Origin: Haliotis rubra
Taxonomy: Eukaryota
Direction: 5' to 3'
NCBI RefSeq assembly: GCF_003918875.1
Contig: NW_025766503.1
Coordinates: 310,001-374,000, forward strand
DNA: 64,000 nucleotides
Position 1 is the first letter of the stretch; each line of letters starts with the position of its first letter. Below, piece by piece: positions 1-13,650 of the stretch. Below the pieces are notes generated by a model that made no database searches, was not told where the DNA came from, and worked only from the letters and a program-made list of their open reading frames with translations. Both the position numbers and the translations under genes were made by a program.

Positions 1-559
1 GTTACTGCTGTAACTTGAATCAACTGCATAGGAAGTCTTGTTCTGTAGGAAGACACATTCCTACATTATGTAGTTGGGATATATTAGGTAACACAGACAC
101 ATTCCTACTCTATGTAGTTGGGATATATTAGTTAACACAGACACATTCCTGCATCTTGTAAATGGAAATGGTTAGGAATTACTTGTCTCTGAATGGCTCC
201 TGAAAGTTAGTTGTGTATCAGCAGGTTTATGTTCATCCATCAAGTCATTACTAAGAGGTGATTTCAAGCAACGTATCTGGGTGTAACCACAATTGATTAG
301 ATTACATCTTCACACAACTAGAAGGTAGTGTTATATTTATGTCCATGAATCTACGTAAGGTATTCAGAATCTGATACCTGTCATGAGATTAAAATTGTTA
401 TTATACTGTTGAATGAATGTTGCATGCTGGGGTTTTACGCAATGCCCAAATGAGGAGAATGGACACAGAAACCCAAAAATACTATGTCCAAAGAGACGCA
501 CAAAAATATCTGCCTTGCTTCAGAGCTAGTTATCTGTGTCTGCAGTATCATCCATCAGT

Positions 560-660
560 CATGACCACTGTCTACATGACCACTGTCCACGTCACCACTG
601 TCTACATGACCACTGTCCACGTCACCACTGTCTACATGACCACTGTCCACATGACCACTG
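560..660. repeat. 15-bp tandem repeat (atgaccactgtctac), about 7 copies
   Basis: Units are directly visible and explain the repetitive ORF 417..683. Confidence 0.9.
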
Positions 661-1402
661 ATTCATTCCAGGCTCTGAAGTAATTATCTGAAAGTACACT
701 AGTGTTGGGAATTTGTTAAAATCTCATAATTGATGATTGCTTCATTACAACCAATCAATCATCGAAAATAATTGGTTAGTGTCACTTATGAAATTTGTTA
801 ATGCACAAAAAAAGGAATAGAACATGTATTTCTTTTGGGGGTTTTGGCAAAATTTCACATCTTTAAAGGATGGCTACTGGCTAGTATGTTCGGAACATAA
901 ATTTCTTGGAGTCTTTAAGATAAATTCAATCATGACTTGGAACAAGCTTGTAGTGCTTATGAAATGTAACAGACAAAACCAACCTTGTGAAAAAAATTGT
1001 TGATGAAAACAAGTGTTCCAGAATTGTTTGTGTTCGATTATGAGAAAAAATGATAGATTGCTTGGTCGTTTAGTCACTGCGACCAATCTTCGGTTATTTT
1101 AATTAATGGGACCACCACTAATGTACACTGCACTACAGCGTTGGAATACTTTACAGTACCCTCATATCACCAGCAAGGTCCTGTAACATTTATTGATGGG
1201 GGTTCCCCCTCCGGACCCACTTTTGTAAGTCAAGGAAAACCCTGGTTGCATGTCATCAACCTCATGGGTGCTCCAGGTTAGAAGTGGTCCTTAGTAGTCA
1301 CTGCTTCCCATATGTGCTGGTGGACAGCCTTGGGGATTGGTTGATTGTACCCTGATGTCATGTACAGTTGCCTATATTTTACACCACTTGTGTGCTACAT
1401 TG

Positions 1403-1474
1403 AATAGGTCTGCCGACATGCCAACCGGCGAAGGCGACCTCCAAAGCACCTAACACAACAACAACAACAACAAC
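1403..1474 (+). mobile_element. Short 5'-truncated retroposon end with (CAA)n tail
   Basis: Flanked by the 9-bp direct repeat gctacattg (1394-1402 and 1475-1483) and ends in (caa)n. Confidence 0.6.
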
Positions 1475-2042
1475 GCTACATTGCAGATTTACAGACAGCT
1501 TTGTGTGGCTGGAATCATGAACAATATGTTCTGTCATCATGCTTGATGCTCAGCATGGTCACGGACTCTGTCCTTCAGAACAAACTTCTGATAACAATCT
1601 TGGTTTGCATTAGGACAGAGAAGAATAATATAGTTCTGATCAATATCTTTGCTTAGCTGATTTCTGTGAAGAAGCAAAACTGCCACATGTCACTTAATAA
1701 CTAACAATAAAAGCATAACAGTTTTGTCATGTTTATCCATAGATTTGTCTCACATAAATACTTCTTTATTCCATTTGATTTTGATACATAGAGATTTTGC
1801 AAAGTTTAAGAAATGTTGCACATCTTATAATAGACATGATACTGTGCTGAATGGATTACCCCAAATACTTCAATGTTTCTTCTGCATGCCAAACTGTGGT
1901 TGTTGTGTCTATATCTGAACTAAAAGGTGTCGATTCATCAATATACAATTAAACCTTTGACAAGAATGGCCCATCATTTCTGTGCACTGCATGCATCACT
2001 CCCAGCACACCTGTCTACCATGTGTTTCTTTCTGTGATGCAG

Positions 2043-2219
2043 TATGCCTGAAGAGGATGAGGAGGACATTGATGAGGGCCAGGGTAGCGAGCTAGGCAGT
2101 ATGCGGAAGGAGTGGACCCCTATTCCTGTCAACACTCACCTGCTGAGGCAGACTCGGGGGACACCCACAGGGTCCATGGCTGATCTCAGACTCTCTGAGG
2201 CAGAGATAAAGAACAGAAG
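2043..2219 (+). CDS. PLEKHG4: RhoGEF (PLEKHG4/puratrophin-1-like) exon preceding the DH domain
   Basis: Pyrimidine tract plus CAG acceptor (AG 2041-2042) and GT donor at 2220. The phase-2 end (AG) joins G9529 to give ...AEIKNRR-TLSLITSEM. Confidence 0.8.
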
Positions 2220-2549
2220 GTACAGCTTCTTTTATCAGTAGGGCGAACTGCAGTTTTGTCACCTAGTGCTACCATTCTAGGGAGTTTGTTTCATGTTTTT
2301 TTCTAGGATTCACAACTTCGAGCCTTTGACATGCAATTTTGGAATAAATTAGTTTTTCCTAACTGTTCTTATTTTCTGAATTTGGAATTAAGAATAATAC
2401 CAACACCTCTTTATTGGTACTGTATTAAGTGAAATACAAGTATAGCTGACAGAGCCTTCTCATAAAAGAACTGTAATGACAAGGATTCAGAATTGTTGTA
2501 TTCTCATGGGAATTTTTACTGGCTGTTTGCTGCAGACTTGGGGTGATCG

Positions 2550-2824
2550 ACAAGTCTTGATTAAACCAAGCAGATGAACTGTACCTATTTAAATCAAGTC
2601 TTGATTAAACCAAGCATATGAACTGTACCTATTTAAATCAAGTCTTGATTAAACCAAGCAGATGAACTGTACCTATTTGAATCAAGTCTTGATTAAACCA
2701 AGCATATGAACTGTACCTATTTGAATCAAGTCTTGATTAAACCAAGCATATGAACTGTACCTATTTAAATCAAGTCTTGATTAAACCAAGCATATGAACT
2801 ATACCTATTTAAATCAAGTCTTGA
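2550..2824. repeat. 45-bp tandem repeat, about 6 copies
   Basis: Unit caagtcttgattaaaccaagcatatgaactgtacctatttaaat is visible. Confidence 0.9.
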
Positions 2825-2878
2825 GATGACAATTAAAACATGGTTCTCATTTGGGGAAGGTCTTCATAAAAATGTGTT

Positions 2879-3437
2879 TCATTATCCCCCGCAACGCTTT
2901 TATGGGTATAAAATGGGGTTATAAAATGGACTCATCGATGCACGTCCGAGCAGAACTCTAAAATCATTCAATATTTCTTCACCAAACTTGGCACATAGAT
3001 AGATCTGGTGGTGTACTGGTGCCTTTTGGTAGTTTTGGAATTCGAATAAAACATTTTGGCGCTTCCATGGCAACAAGTTCGACATTTGTCCGTGGTGTTT
3101 CCGAGTTTTGAATTCAGAACTCTAAAACAGAAAAAGTCATTCAATATTTCTTCACCAAACTTGGCACATAGATAGATCTGGTGGTGTACTGGTGCCTTTT
3201 GGTAGTTTTGGATTTCTGAATAAAATATTTTTGGCATTTCCTTGGCAACAAGTTTGACATAGACTGAAATTGGTGATAGTGTTCCTTTCTGGAGCAGAAC
3301 TTTAAAAACCTTTCAATACTGTCCTTCCACTTTTCTATATACACACCTAAATATTTGACATAATCATAACTCGTAGACATAATCATGAAGAGTATTTTGC
3401 CATTGCAGGGGATATTGATGACTTTGTCTTCTTGTTA
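2879..3437 (+). mobile_element. Non-autonomous HINE/Helentron-like element with internal duplication
   Basis: Subterminal inverted motifs tatccccc-gc and gc-aggggata, a short 3' hairpin followed by cttgtt, and an internal duplication of about 120 bp (about 2960-3085 and 3136-3260). The family call is inferred from architecture. Confidence 0.5.
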
Positions 3438-3934
3438 GATTTATTATAATGTCACATTTACCAGCAATAGATTGCATGTAATCTTTATTCCTCCTTTTTT
3501 TATATCATTTTTTTTGTATTATATCTTGATTGTATTTCAAAATGTGGATAGTTTCAGCATTTAGAAGCAATATAAATGCTTTCATTTCCCCTATACATCT
3601 GTAAATGATGTCAATCAGTGTATGTATTTGATTGCACCAACAGCACAGTGTATGTCCTCATAGAATATTCATTTAGATTGCTCATCACCTCATTGTGGGT
3701 GTGAAGGAAATGTCTGCACACCTTGTTGTGATCAACTTAAAGTATTTCAGTGTGTCTGACATGTAGAATTGTCACCCACAGACAGAGAGCTATACAGCAG
3801 TGATGTCCATGTTCACACCTACATGAGTGCAGGTGATCTTGACCTGTCCCAGATAATATGGTTAGAAGGAAGGTAACAACCAAAATTTATAATAGCACGT
3901 CAGTGGTTCAGAACTCACTTGATTGGAGGGATGG

Positions 3935-5650
3935 AGGTCAACTGTTTACTGGAGAATGTTGGAGGTCAGCTGTTTACAAGAGGAAGTAGGTCAGCTATTT
4001 ACTAGAGGATGTAGGAGGTCAGCTGTCTCCTAGAGGATATGGGCGATAAGCTGTTTACTAGAGGAAGTAGTAGGTCAGCCGTTTACAAGAAGTAGGTAAG
4101 CTGTTTACTAGAGGATGTAGGAGGTCAGCTGTCTCCTAGAGGATATGGGAGATGAGCTGTTTACTAGAGGAAGTAGGTCAGCTGTTTACAAGAGGAAGTA
4201 GGTCAGCTGTTTACTAGAGGATATGGGAGATAAGCTGTTTACAAGAGGAAGTAGGTCAGCTGTTTACTAGAGGATGTAGGAGGTCAGCTGTTTACAAGAG
4301 GAAGTAGGTCAGCTGTTTACTAGAGGATGTAGGAGGTCAGCTGTTTACGAGAGGATATGGGAAATAAGCGGTTTACTAGAGGATGTAGGAGGTCAGCTGT
4401 TTACTAGAGGATATGGAGATAAGCTGTTTACTAGAGGAAGTAGGTCAGCTGTTTACAAGAGGAAGTAGGAGGTCAGCTGTTTACAAGAGGATGTAGGAGG
4501 TCAGCTGTTTACTAGAGGATATGGGAGATGAGCTGTTTACTAGAGGAAGTAGGTCAGCTGTTTACAAGAAGTAGGTCAACTGTTTACTAGAGGATATGGA
4601 GATAAGCTGTTTACTAGAGGAATTAGGTCAGCTGTTTACAAGAGGAAGTAGGAGGTCAGCTGTTTACTAGAGGATGTAGGAGGTCAGCTGTTTACTAGAG
4701 GATATGGGAGATGAGCTGTTTACTAGAGGAAGTAGGTCAGCTGTTTACAAGAAGTAGGTCAACTGTTTACTAGAGGATGTAGGAGGTCAGCTGTTTACAA
4801 GAGGATATGGGAGATAAGCTGTTTACGAGAGGAAGTAGGTCAGCTGTTTACAAGAGGAAGTAGGAGATCAACTGTTTACTAGAGGATGTAGGAGATCAAC
4901 TGTTTACTAGAGGATATGGGAGATAAGCTGTTTACGAGAGGAAGTAGGTCAGCTGTTTACGAGAGGATGTAGGAGGTCAGCTGTTTACTAGAGGATGTAG
5001 GAGATCAACTGTTTACTAGAGGATGTAGGAGATCAACTGTTTACTAGAGGATGTAGGAGATCAACTGTTTATTAGAGGATATGGGAGATAAGCTGTTTAC
5101 TAGAGGAAGTAGGTCATCTGTTTACGAGAGGAGATGTAGGAGATCAACTGTTTACTAGAGGATATGGGAGATAAGCTGTTTACTAGAGGAAGTAGTAGGT
5201 CAGCTGTTTACTAGAGGATGTACGAGGTCAGCTGTTTACTAAAGGATATGGGAGATAAGCTGTTTACTAGAGGATGTAGTAGGTCAGCTGTTTACGAGAG
5301 GATGTAGGAGTTCAACTGTTTACTAGAGGATGTAGGAGATCAACTGTTTACTAGAGGATATGGGAAAAAAGCTGTTTACTAGAGGATGTAGGAGGTCTGC
5401 TGTTTACTAGAGGATATGGGAGATAAGCTGTTTACGAGAGGAAGTAGGTTAGCTGTTTACTTGAGGAAGTAGGAGGTCAGCTGTTTACTAGAGGATGTAG
5501 GAGATCAACTGTTTACTAGAGAATGTTAGAGGTCAACTGTTTACTAAGAGAATGTTGGAGGTCAACTGTTTACTAGAGAATGTTGGAGGTCAACTGTTTA
5601 CTAGAGAGGATGTTGGAGGTCAGCTGTTTACGTGAGGATGTCAGCTCAGC
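3935..5650. repeat. Complex minisatellite, about 24-28 bp units (agctgtttactagaggatgtaggaggtc and variants)
   Basis: Dozens of variant units are directly visible. Confidence 0.95.
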
Positions 5651-6930
5651 TGTTTTCCCAATGGTCACCTTCCCTTGTTTTTCCCATGGCCACCTTCCCT
5701 TGTGTTCCCCATGGCCACCTTCCCTTGTTTTCCCCATGGCCACCTTCCCTTGTTTTCCCCATGGCCACCTTCCCTTGTTTTCCCCATGGCCACCTTCCCT
5801 TGTGTTCCCCATGGCCACCTTCCTTGTTTTCCCCATGGCCTTCTCCCTTGTTTTCCCCATGGCCCCTTGTGTTCATATGGCCACCTTCCCTTCCTTGTTT
5901 TCCCCATGGCCACCTTCCCTTGTTTTCCCCATGGCCACCTTCCCTTGTTTTCCCCATGGCCACCTTCCCTTGTTTTTCCCATGGCCACCTTCCCTTGTTT
6001 TCCCCATGGCCACCTTCCCTTGTTTTCCCATGGCCACCTTCCCTTGTTTTCCCCATGGCCACCTTCCTTGTTTCCCCATGGCCACCTTTCCTTGTTTTCC
6101 CCATGGCCACCTTTTCCTTGTTTTCCCCATGGCCACCTTCCCCTTGTGTTCCCCATGGCCACCTTCCCTTTGTTTTCCCCATGGCCACCTTCTTTTTTTT
6201 TCCCATGGCCACCTTCCCTTGTTTTCCCATGGCCACCTTCCCTTGTTTTCCCCTTCCCTTGTTTTCCCCCCACCTTCCTTGTGTTCCCCATGGCCACCTT
6301 CCCTTGTTTTCCCCATGGCCACCTTCCCTTGTTTTCCCCATGGCCACCTTCCCTTGTTTTCCCCATGGCCACCTTCCCTTTTTTTTCCCATGGCCACCTT
6401 CCCTTTTTTTTCCCCATGGCCACCTTCCCTTTTTTTTCCCCATGGCCACCTTCCTTTTTTTTCCCCCCCACCCCCCCACTTTCCCTTGTTTTTCCCCATG
6501 GCCACCTTCCCTTTTTTTTCCCATGGCCACCTTCCCTTGTTTTCCCCACGGCCACCTTCCCTTTTTTTTCCCACGGCCACTTTCCCTTGTTTTCCCCATG
6601 GCCACCTTCCCTTTTTTTCCCCATGGCCACCTTCCCTTGTGTTCCCCATGGCCACCTGCCCTTGTTTTCCCCATGGCCACCTTCCCTTGTTTTCCCCTTG
6701 GCCACCTTCCCTTGTTTTTCCCACATACACCATTTCTTGTTTCCCCTCAGACACCTTCCCCATGTAGACCTTCTTCTTGCTTTCTCCATGGCCACCTTCC
6801 CTTCTTCTCCTCATGGCCACCTTCCCTTGTGTTCCACTTGGACACCTTCCCTTGTGTTCATCATGGACACCTTCCCTTATTTTTCTCATGGACACCTTCC
6901 CTTGTTTTCCTCATGGACACCTTCCTTGCC
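5651..6930. repeat. Pyrimidine-rich minisatellite, about 27 bp (ccatggccaccttcccttgttttccc)
   Basis: Directly visible. The unit has no stop codon in any frame, which explains the six overlapping long ORFs. Confidence 0.95.
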
Positions 6931-7970
6931 TCCTCTGTGCAGCCTAGCCTCTTGTCTTACACAGTAACAGTGTAATGGGCTTCTCTGGAAACATGAGCAT
7001 TGCACAATGTCAACATTTGTAAGTTGTCCTCGTCTGGGTAAGACGACAATGTCAGAAATATCGTCCAATGAGAGCGTGTTTGTATAAGCTTTGACCACAT
7101 TGTGGTCACTTGCAGTTCATTACCTCAACTCCCAACACGAAACCCTGTTTGTTAACGAGTCAGACGTCTAGATGGCTGTGACACGTGACAGTCCTGTCTT
7201 TGATCCTGGTTAAAAATACGAGAAATATTCATGAGTGGTGTCAACGTAACGTCTGACCCTATGATTGGATAAAGTTGCTGTAAGATTCGGCAAGGATTTA
7301 TTTGTTTGTGTTAGAAAAATATTAGATGACTGTCAGAAATGTCTATGAAGTCCTACAAAGGAGCACTTGCTATGTTTCAGAAATAGTATTTAAAGAAAAC
7401 AAAGACTAAGCTTATGATTTCTGAAAATATTTACCTAATAAAAAGCATCCTGTGGAAGATTTTCCCAGTTTGAAAAAAATATGGGCTGTTTGACAGTAAC
7501 AATATTCAGCCAATATTTCAGATCAGTAGTTGCCACCATTGAGACAACAGTTCAAACCATCTTTGAATTATTTCAAAATGAGATGAGAAACAAGACACAG
7601 AAAAATATTTTGTTCTCTTTTGTGTGTAACATAGCCTGACGTGAATCAGCTAATGGGTGAATACCTTGCCATTAAACTGCTGAGTTACTTTGGATCAACT
7701 TTTTACAAACAGCCATTGTCTTTCCTAAAACAAGATATTTCTACACTTAAATAAAGGATTAAATAAATTTGTTAAATTTAAGAAGAAATTAATTATTATG
7801 AAAGTTGTGAAATGTTTAATTTGCACAAATGTAATTTAGAGTTAGTTATTAATTGAACTGGTCTATTTTCCTGAACAGTTAAAAGGTGTGATTAATATAG
7901 CTAGATTAGTGGTGACTGAGGTTTCAACACCAATCATCTTCCTTCATTACAACATTACAGTTGCTGTGAT

Positions 7971-8553
7971 TAAGGCTGTAACGATGCATCGAACTATCGA
8001 TGGATTGCAATTGTTGAGTCTCTGATAGCAATTAATCGATGGTAGAAACGAAAAATTATTGATGCATCAATAGTATGTGTGACTATCGATAGCTTAGTAT
8101 TTGACTACCGTTGATAAATGTGCAGCACAAAATTCAGAATGTTTGGGTGCAGACTTGCAGCTTCATTGAGTTTATGTTTTAACTGTTTACTGTCACGAGA
8201 TGGCCGAAACATTGACGATGTGACTTAAAATCCTTAACTCACACGCTCACTTAACTGTTTACTTCATCTGGGTTTCAAGTTTCTTGTCAGTTATTAAAAG
8301 ATACTAAAACTAATTCAGCTTGTTTTTATTTCATATTTACTATACATTCATTTGGGAAATGACTTCAAATAAGACAATTCAAGGAGAGAAAAACTATTGC
8401 AATAGCATAACAATAGTTGGTCGCAATAGACTATCACTATCGCAGTAGTATGTTGCAGTAGACTATCGCTATCGCAGTAGTATGTTGCAGTAGTATGTTG
8501 CAGTAGACTATCGCTATCGCAATAGTTGTATCCCCCTCAATAGTCAGCCCCTA
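7971..8553. mobile_element. MITE-like element with short termini and internal tatcgat/tatcgc repeats
   Basis: Ends are taaggctg and cagccccta. Its first roughly 85 bp recur at about 36235-36318. Confidence 0.5.
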
Positions 8554-8569
8554 ACTGTGAAGATGCAGG

Positions 8570-9230
8570 ATTATTGCTGTGACATGGATGGATTATGGTG
8601 TGACACAGATGGATAATTGCTGACCTAGGTTTCAATCATATGTCTCAATTAGTTGCTGTGATATAGCTGGATTATTGCTGTGACATGGATGGATTATTGC
8701 TGACCTAGGTTTCAATCATTTGTCTCAATTAGTTGCTGTGATATAGCTGGATTATTGCTGTGACATAGATGGATTATTGCTGTGATATAGCTTGATTATT
8801 GCTGTGACATGGATAGATTATTGCTGACCTAGGTTTCAATCATATATCTCAATTAGTTGCTGTGATATAGCTGGATTATTGCTGTGACATGGATGGATTA
8901 TTACTGACCTAGGTTTCAATCATATGTCTCAATTAGTTGCTGTGATATAGCTGGATTATTGCTGGGATATAGATGGATTATTGCTGTGACATGGATGGAT
9001 TATTGCTGACCTAGGTTTCGATCATATGTCTCAATTAGTTGCTGTGATATAGCTGGATTATTGCTGTGATATAGCTGGATTATTGCTGTGACATGGATGG
9101 ATTATTGCTGACCTAGGTTTCAATCATATGTCTCAATTAGTTGCTGTGATATAGCTGGATTATTGCTGGGATATAGCTGGATTATTGCTGTGACATGGAT
9201 GGATTATTGCTGACATAGGTTTCAATCACA
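8570..9230. repeat. Composite minisatellite (ggattattgctgtgacat subunits in a higher-order unit of about 80 bp)
   Basis: Directly visible. Confidence 0.9.
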
Positions 9231-9528
9231 GGTCTTTATTAGTTCATGTGACATGAGGTACTTGGAGGTAGTTGTCAAATCAGTGTTCCATGGGAGTCAA
9301 AACTCAGACATGTAAGGATTCTGTGGAAGAATTTTCCTTCTTACATCATTTTGTATTGTAAGGAATGACAAAACTTAGATAAAGTGTTCAGACACTGTGG
9401 TTACTTCTGAGTGTGTGTCGTTGTACTAAGTACAATGTAACGGTAGAGTGTAACTTACTGCTGCATAAAACACCATTCACTTTATCAGTTGTATGGAAGT
9501 TACTGTTCATGTGATGTTTGTTGTTCAG

Positions 9529-9778
9529 GACCTTGTCGCTGATCACGAGTGAAATGATACAGACGGAAAGAGACTATGTGAGAGCGCTGCAGTTCATCAT
9601 CGACAACTATATCCCCGAGCTGGACCGAGAAGACGTCCCACAGGCGCTACGAGGGAAGAGGAATGTTATCTTTGGGAACATTGAGAATATCTACCAGTTC
9701 CATAGTCAGCATTTCCTAACTGAACTGGAGATGTGTGAAACAAACCCCTTCCTGATTGGGCAGTATTTTCTGCGGCAT
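9529..9778 (+). CDS. PLEKHG4: RhoGEF DH domain, N-terminal exon
   Basis: EMIQTERDYVRAL...LRGKRNVIFGNIENIYQFHSQHFLTELE is typical DH CR1/CR2 sequence. Bounded by ttcag and gtaaga. Confidence 0.95.
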
Positions 9779-9889
9779 GTAAGAATGGCTCGAATCACTT
9801 CTGTTGCTTGTATTATGATTTGCAGAATCAAAGTAATTATTTACCAACTTCATGTACTTATTTGGGGTTGGTTTCCTGCCCACTCCTGC

Positions 9890-10880
9890 ATGACAGCTTT
9901 AATGTTACCTGGGTGCTGTTGGGTGGCCAGATGGTAACAGCTGTACTGTTTGTTACCTGGGTGATGTGGGGTGGCCTCATGGTAACAGCTTTACTGTTAC
10001 CTGGGTGCTGTGGGGTGGCCAGATTGTAACAGCTTTACTGAAAAATGTGTGCTGTGGGGTGGTCAGATGGTAACAGCTTTACTGTTTGTATCCTGGGTGC
10101 TGTGGGGTGGCATCATGGTAACAGCTTTACTGTTACCTGGGTGCTGTGGGGTGGCCAGATTGTAACAGCTTTACTGAAAAATGTGTGCTGTGGGGTGGCC
10201 AGATGGTAACAGCTTTACTGTTACCTGGGTGCTGTTGGGTGGCCAGATGGTAACAGCTTTACTGTTACCTGGGTGCTGTGTGGGTGGCCAGATGGTAACT
10301 GTTGTACTGTTACCTGGGTGCTGTGGGGTGGCCAGATGGTAACAGCTTTACTGTCACCTGGGTGCTGTGGGGTGGCCAGATGGTAACAGCTTTACTGTTA
10401 CCTGGGTGCTGTTGGGTGGCCAGATGGTAACAGCTTTACTGTTACCTGGGTGCTGTTGGGTGGCCAGATGGTAACAGCTTTACTGTTACCTGGGTGCTGT
10501 TGGGTGGCCAGATGGTAACTGTTGTACTGTCACCTGGGTGCTGTGGGGTGGCCAGATGGTAACTGTTGTACTGTTACCTGGGTGCTGTGGGGTGGCCAGA
10601 TGGTAACTGTTGTACTGTTACCTGGGTGCTGTTGGGTGGCCAGATGGTAACAGCTTTACTGTTACCTGGGTGCTGTTGGGTGGCCAGATGGTAACTGTTG
10701 TACTGTTACCTGGGTGCTGTGGGGTGGCCAGATGGTAACAGCTTTACTGTCACCTGGGTGCTGTGGGGTGGCCAGATGGTTACAGCTTTACTTTTACCTG
10801 GGTGCTGTTGGGTGGCCAGGTGATAACGGCTTTACTGTCACCTGGGTGCTGTGGCATGGCCTGATGGTAACAGTATTTGC
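9890..10880. repeat. 44-bp minisatellite with an internal hairpin (gtaacag-cttta-ctgttac)
   Basis: About 22 units visible. Confidence 0.95.
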
Positions 10881-11068
10881 TCTTCACTTAGATGGTGCAG
10901 TGTAATTCCCCACTTGGTAACAAGATGGGAAGCCCATTCTATGTGTGCCCTTGTTGAAAAATGTGATACTGGTAATTATTACTTCCTGTCATCCTGCTAT
11001 TGAATATTGAGGACGATTATCCATGACTGCTGGTATCTGTGGTTTCTTAGTGCTGCTGTCTGTTTCAG

Positions 11069-11158
11069 GAGACCCAGTTCTACCTGTATGCACTTTACAA
11101 CAAGAACAAGCCCAAGTCAGACAACCTAATGGGAGAGTACGGCAAGCACTTCTTCAGG
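11069..11158 (+). CDS. PLEKHG4: RhoGEF DH domain exon (ETQFYLYALYNKNKPKSDNLMGEYGKHFFR), 3' boundary lacks a GT donor
   Basis: tttcag acceptor, phase 0 and the YxxYxxNKPKS DH motif. It runs directly into low-complexity sequence. Confidence 0.85.
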
Positions 11159-13650
11159 AACCTCACCCTTCACAGATCTTCACTCCTTTCACAACTCCTC
11201 ACCTTTGACTCTTCACCTTTCTTGACTTCACATCTTCAGATTTTCCTTTCCTTTCACCTTTTCAGATTTTCCTTTGCACCTTTCTCTTTGATTTTCCTTC
11301 ACCTTTTCAAGACTTTCGTTTTCACTTCCTTTCTACAGATCTTTGTCCTTTCACACCTTTCATAGACTTTTCTTTGTCCTTCATCACCTTTCATGACTTT
11401 TGTTCTTCTTTACACCTTTCTTATGACCTTTCCTTCCTTTATCCTTTACAGACCTTCTTCCTTTCAAAGACCTTTCACAGACCTTTCTTCCCTCACACCC
11501 TTTCACAACCTCACCTTCTTGTGACTTTATTCTCTTCCTCACCTCTTTGCCAGACTTATCTCTTCCTTTACACCCTTTCATTAAATTCCTCACCTTCTTT
11601 CAGACTTTATTCTTCCTTTACACCTTTACAGACCTATCTTCCACCTTCTCATAACCTCCTTCACCTTCTTTACAGACTTTTCTTTACACCCTTTCATAAC
11701 CTCACCGTTTCACAGGACCTTCCTTCACCTTTCACAACCTGCCACCCTCTTCACAGACCTTTTCCTTTCTCACACCTTTCATAACCTCACCCTTCTGTCA
11801 GACCTTCTTTCACACCCTTCATAACCTCACCCTTTCAGACCTCTTCACCCTTTCACAACCCTCACCTTCACGACCCTCCCTTCCCTTTCACACCCTCCTT
11901 CACACCCTCTCTCACAGACCTTTCTCCCTCCCTCACACCCTCCCCTCGCCAACCCTCACTTCACCCTTCACCCTTCACACCCTCTTATAATCTCCCTTTA
12001 AACACTGTCTCACACAATCCCCTCTATTCCACATCCTTCATACTTCTCCTGTAACTCATAACCTCTTATCACCTATAGCTTTAATCCATTCTCACATCCA
12101 CCGTCATATTCTCCCAGACCCATAACCTCGATTCCCCATCACTCCACTTCCCCAGCTTTGAGACCTTATTTCATCCTTCTATTTCCTCTCCTGACCCTTC
12201 ATTAACCTTTCGACTTCCCCATCACTTTACCTTTGCGAGACCTTATTCTACATCCTTTGTCATACTTTCCTACCTTTCATTAACCTTCTTTCGACAATTT
12301 CACTTTGCGGCGACCTTATTCTCCTTTGTAATCTTTCATTAACCTTCGACTTCGACACTCCACTTTGCGAGATCGATTTCACATCCTACTGTCATACTTC
12401 TCCCGTGACCAACCTTTATTCCCATCACTTCCACTTCCTTTATAGCTTAAGACCCATTCATCCTACTGTCTACTTTCCAACTCACTAACCTTTCGACCGA
12501 CACGACTTTATAGCGAGACCCATATCCTACTGTCAATTTCATTAACCTCTTTAATTTCCACTTCAGCGATGACCGATTCTTTGTTTCTCCCTTTGGTTCC
12601 TTAACCTTCGATTCCCCGACTTCCACTTCATTAGCGAGACCTATTCACATCCTACCATATTTCTCCTGTAGACTCATAACCTTCGACTCCTGATTACTCA
12701 CTTTGCGGACGACCTTATTCTCACATCCTACTGTTTGCATTTCTCCTGTGACCTCAATAACCTCGACCATCACCACTTCATAGCGGAAGACCTTCACATC
12801 CCATTGTTTATATCTTCCCAGACCTCATTAACCTCTATTCCCCATCACCACTTCATATTTTATTATTCCTTACATCCATCATTATACTTCTCGACCCTAT
12901 TAACCTTCGGATCAATTTTACTTCCTTTGCCGGAGACCGATTACTTTCCATCTTACACCTTCGACATCACTTCATGAAGCGAGACCGATTCATCTTTGTC
13001 ATACTTTCCGACTTCAATAACCTTCGATCTTCCACTTTAGCGGAGACCGACTTCATCCATTATACTTTCCAGACCTTCATAACTTTCGACACTACTTCAG
13101 CGGAGACCGATCCATTGTTTTACTTTCCTGTGACCTTTCATTAACCTTTCGACCTCGACATCACTTTAGCGGATCGATTTCTCCTGTGGGACCTTTAACC
13201 TTCGACACTTCACTTTGTGAAGCGGAGACCTATTTCACATCCTACCGTTTATGCATTTCTCCGACCCTTAACTTTCGACACTTTAATTTCCTTTAAGCGG
13301 GAGATTTCATATCCGACATTATATTTCTTCCACCTTTCATAACCTTTCGGATTTACTTTAGCGAGACCGATTCTTTGCATTTCTTCCAGACCCTTTACAA
13401 CTTTCGACTTTATCACTTTACTTCTTTAAGACCTTTATCTTTGCTTTGATCTCATTTGCATTTTCCAGACCTCATTAACTTCTTTCGACGGATGACCTTC
13501 ATTTGTCAATTTTCCAATCGCTAACCTCGATTTTATCATCATGATCTACTTCGTTATTTTCTCCTTGCACCTCATAACCTTTCCAATTTTAAGACCCATT
13601 CATCTTGTCACTTCTCCCAATTCATCCCATCTTAATCTATCTTCTGTCGC
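11159..13650. repeat. Degenerate C/T-rich tandem-repeat tract, probably a low-quality consensus
   Basis: Strong G depletion, with motifs such as taaccttcgac and agcggagaccga recurring at irregular spacing. Confidence 0.7.

Noticed and set aside
5573-6975. Six overlapping ORFs of 340-447 aa
   Set aside because: They come from a stop-free minisatellite read in all frames, inside a RhoGEF intron.
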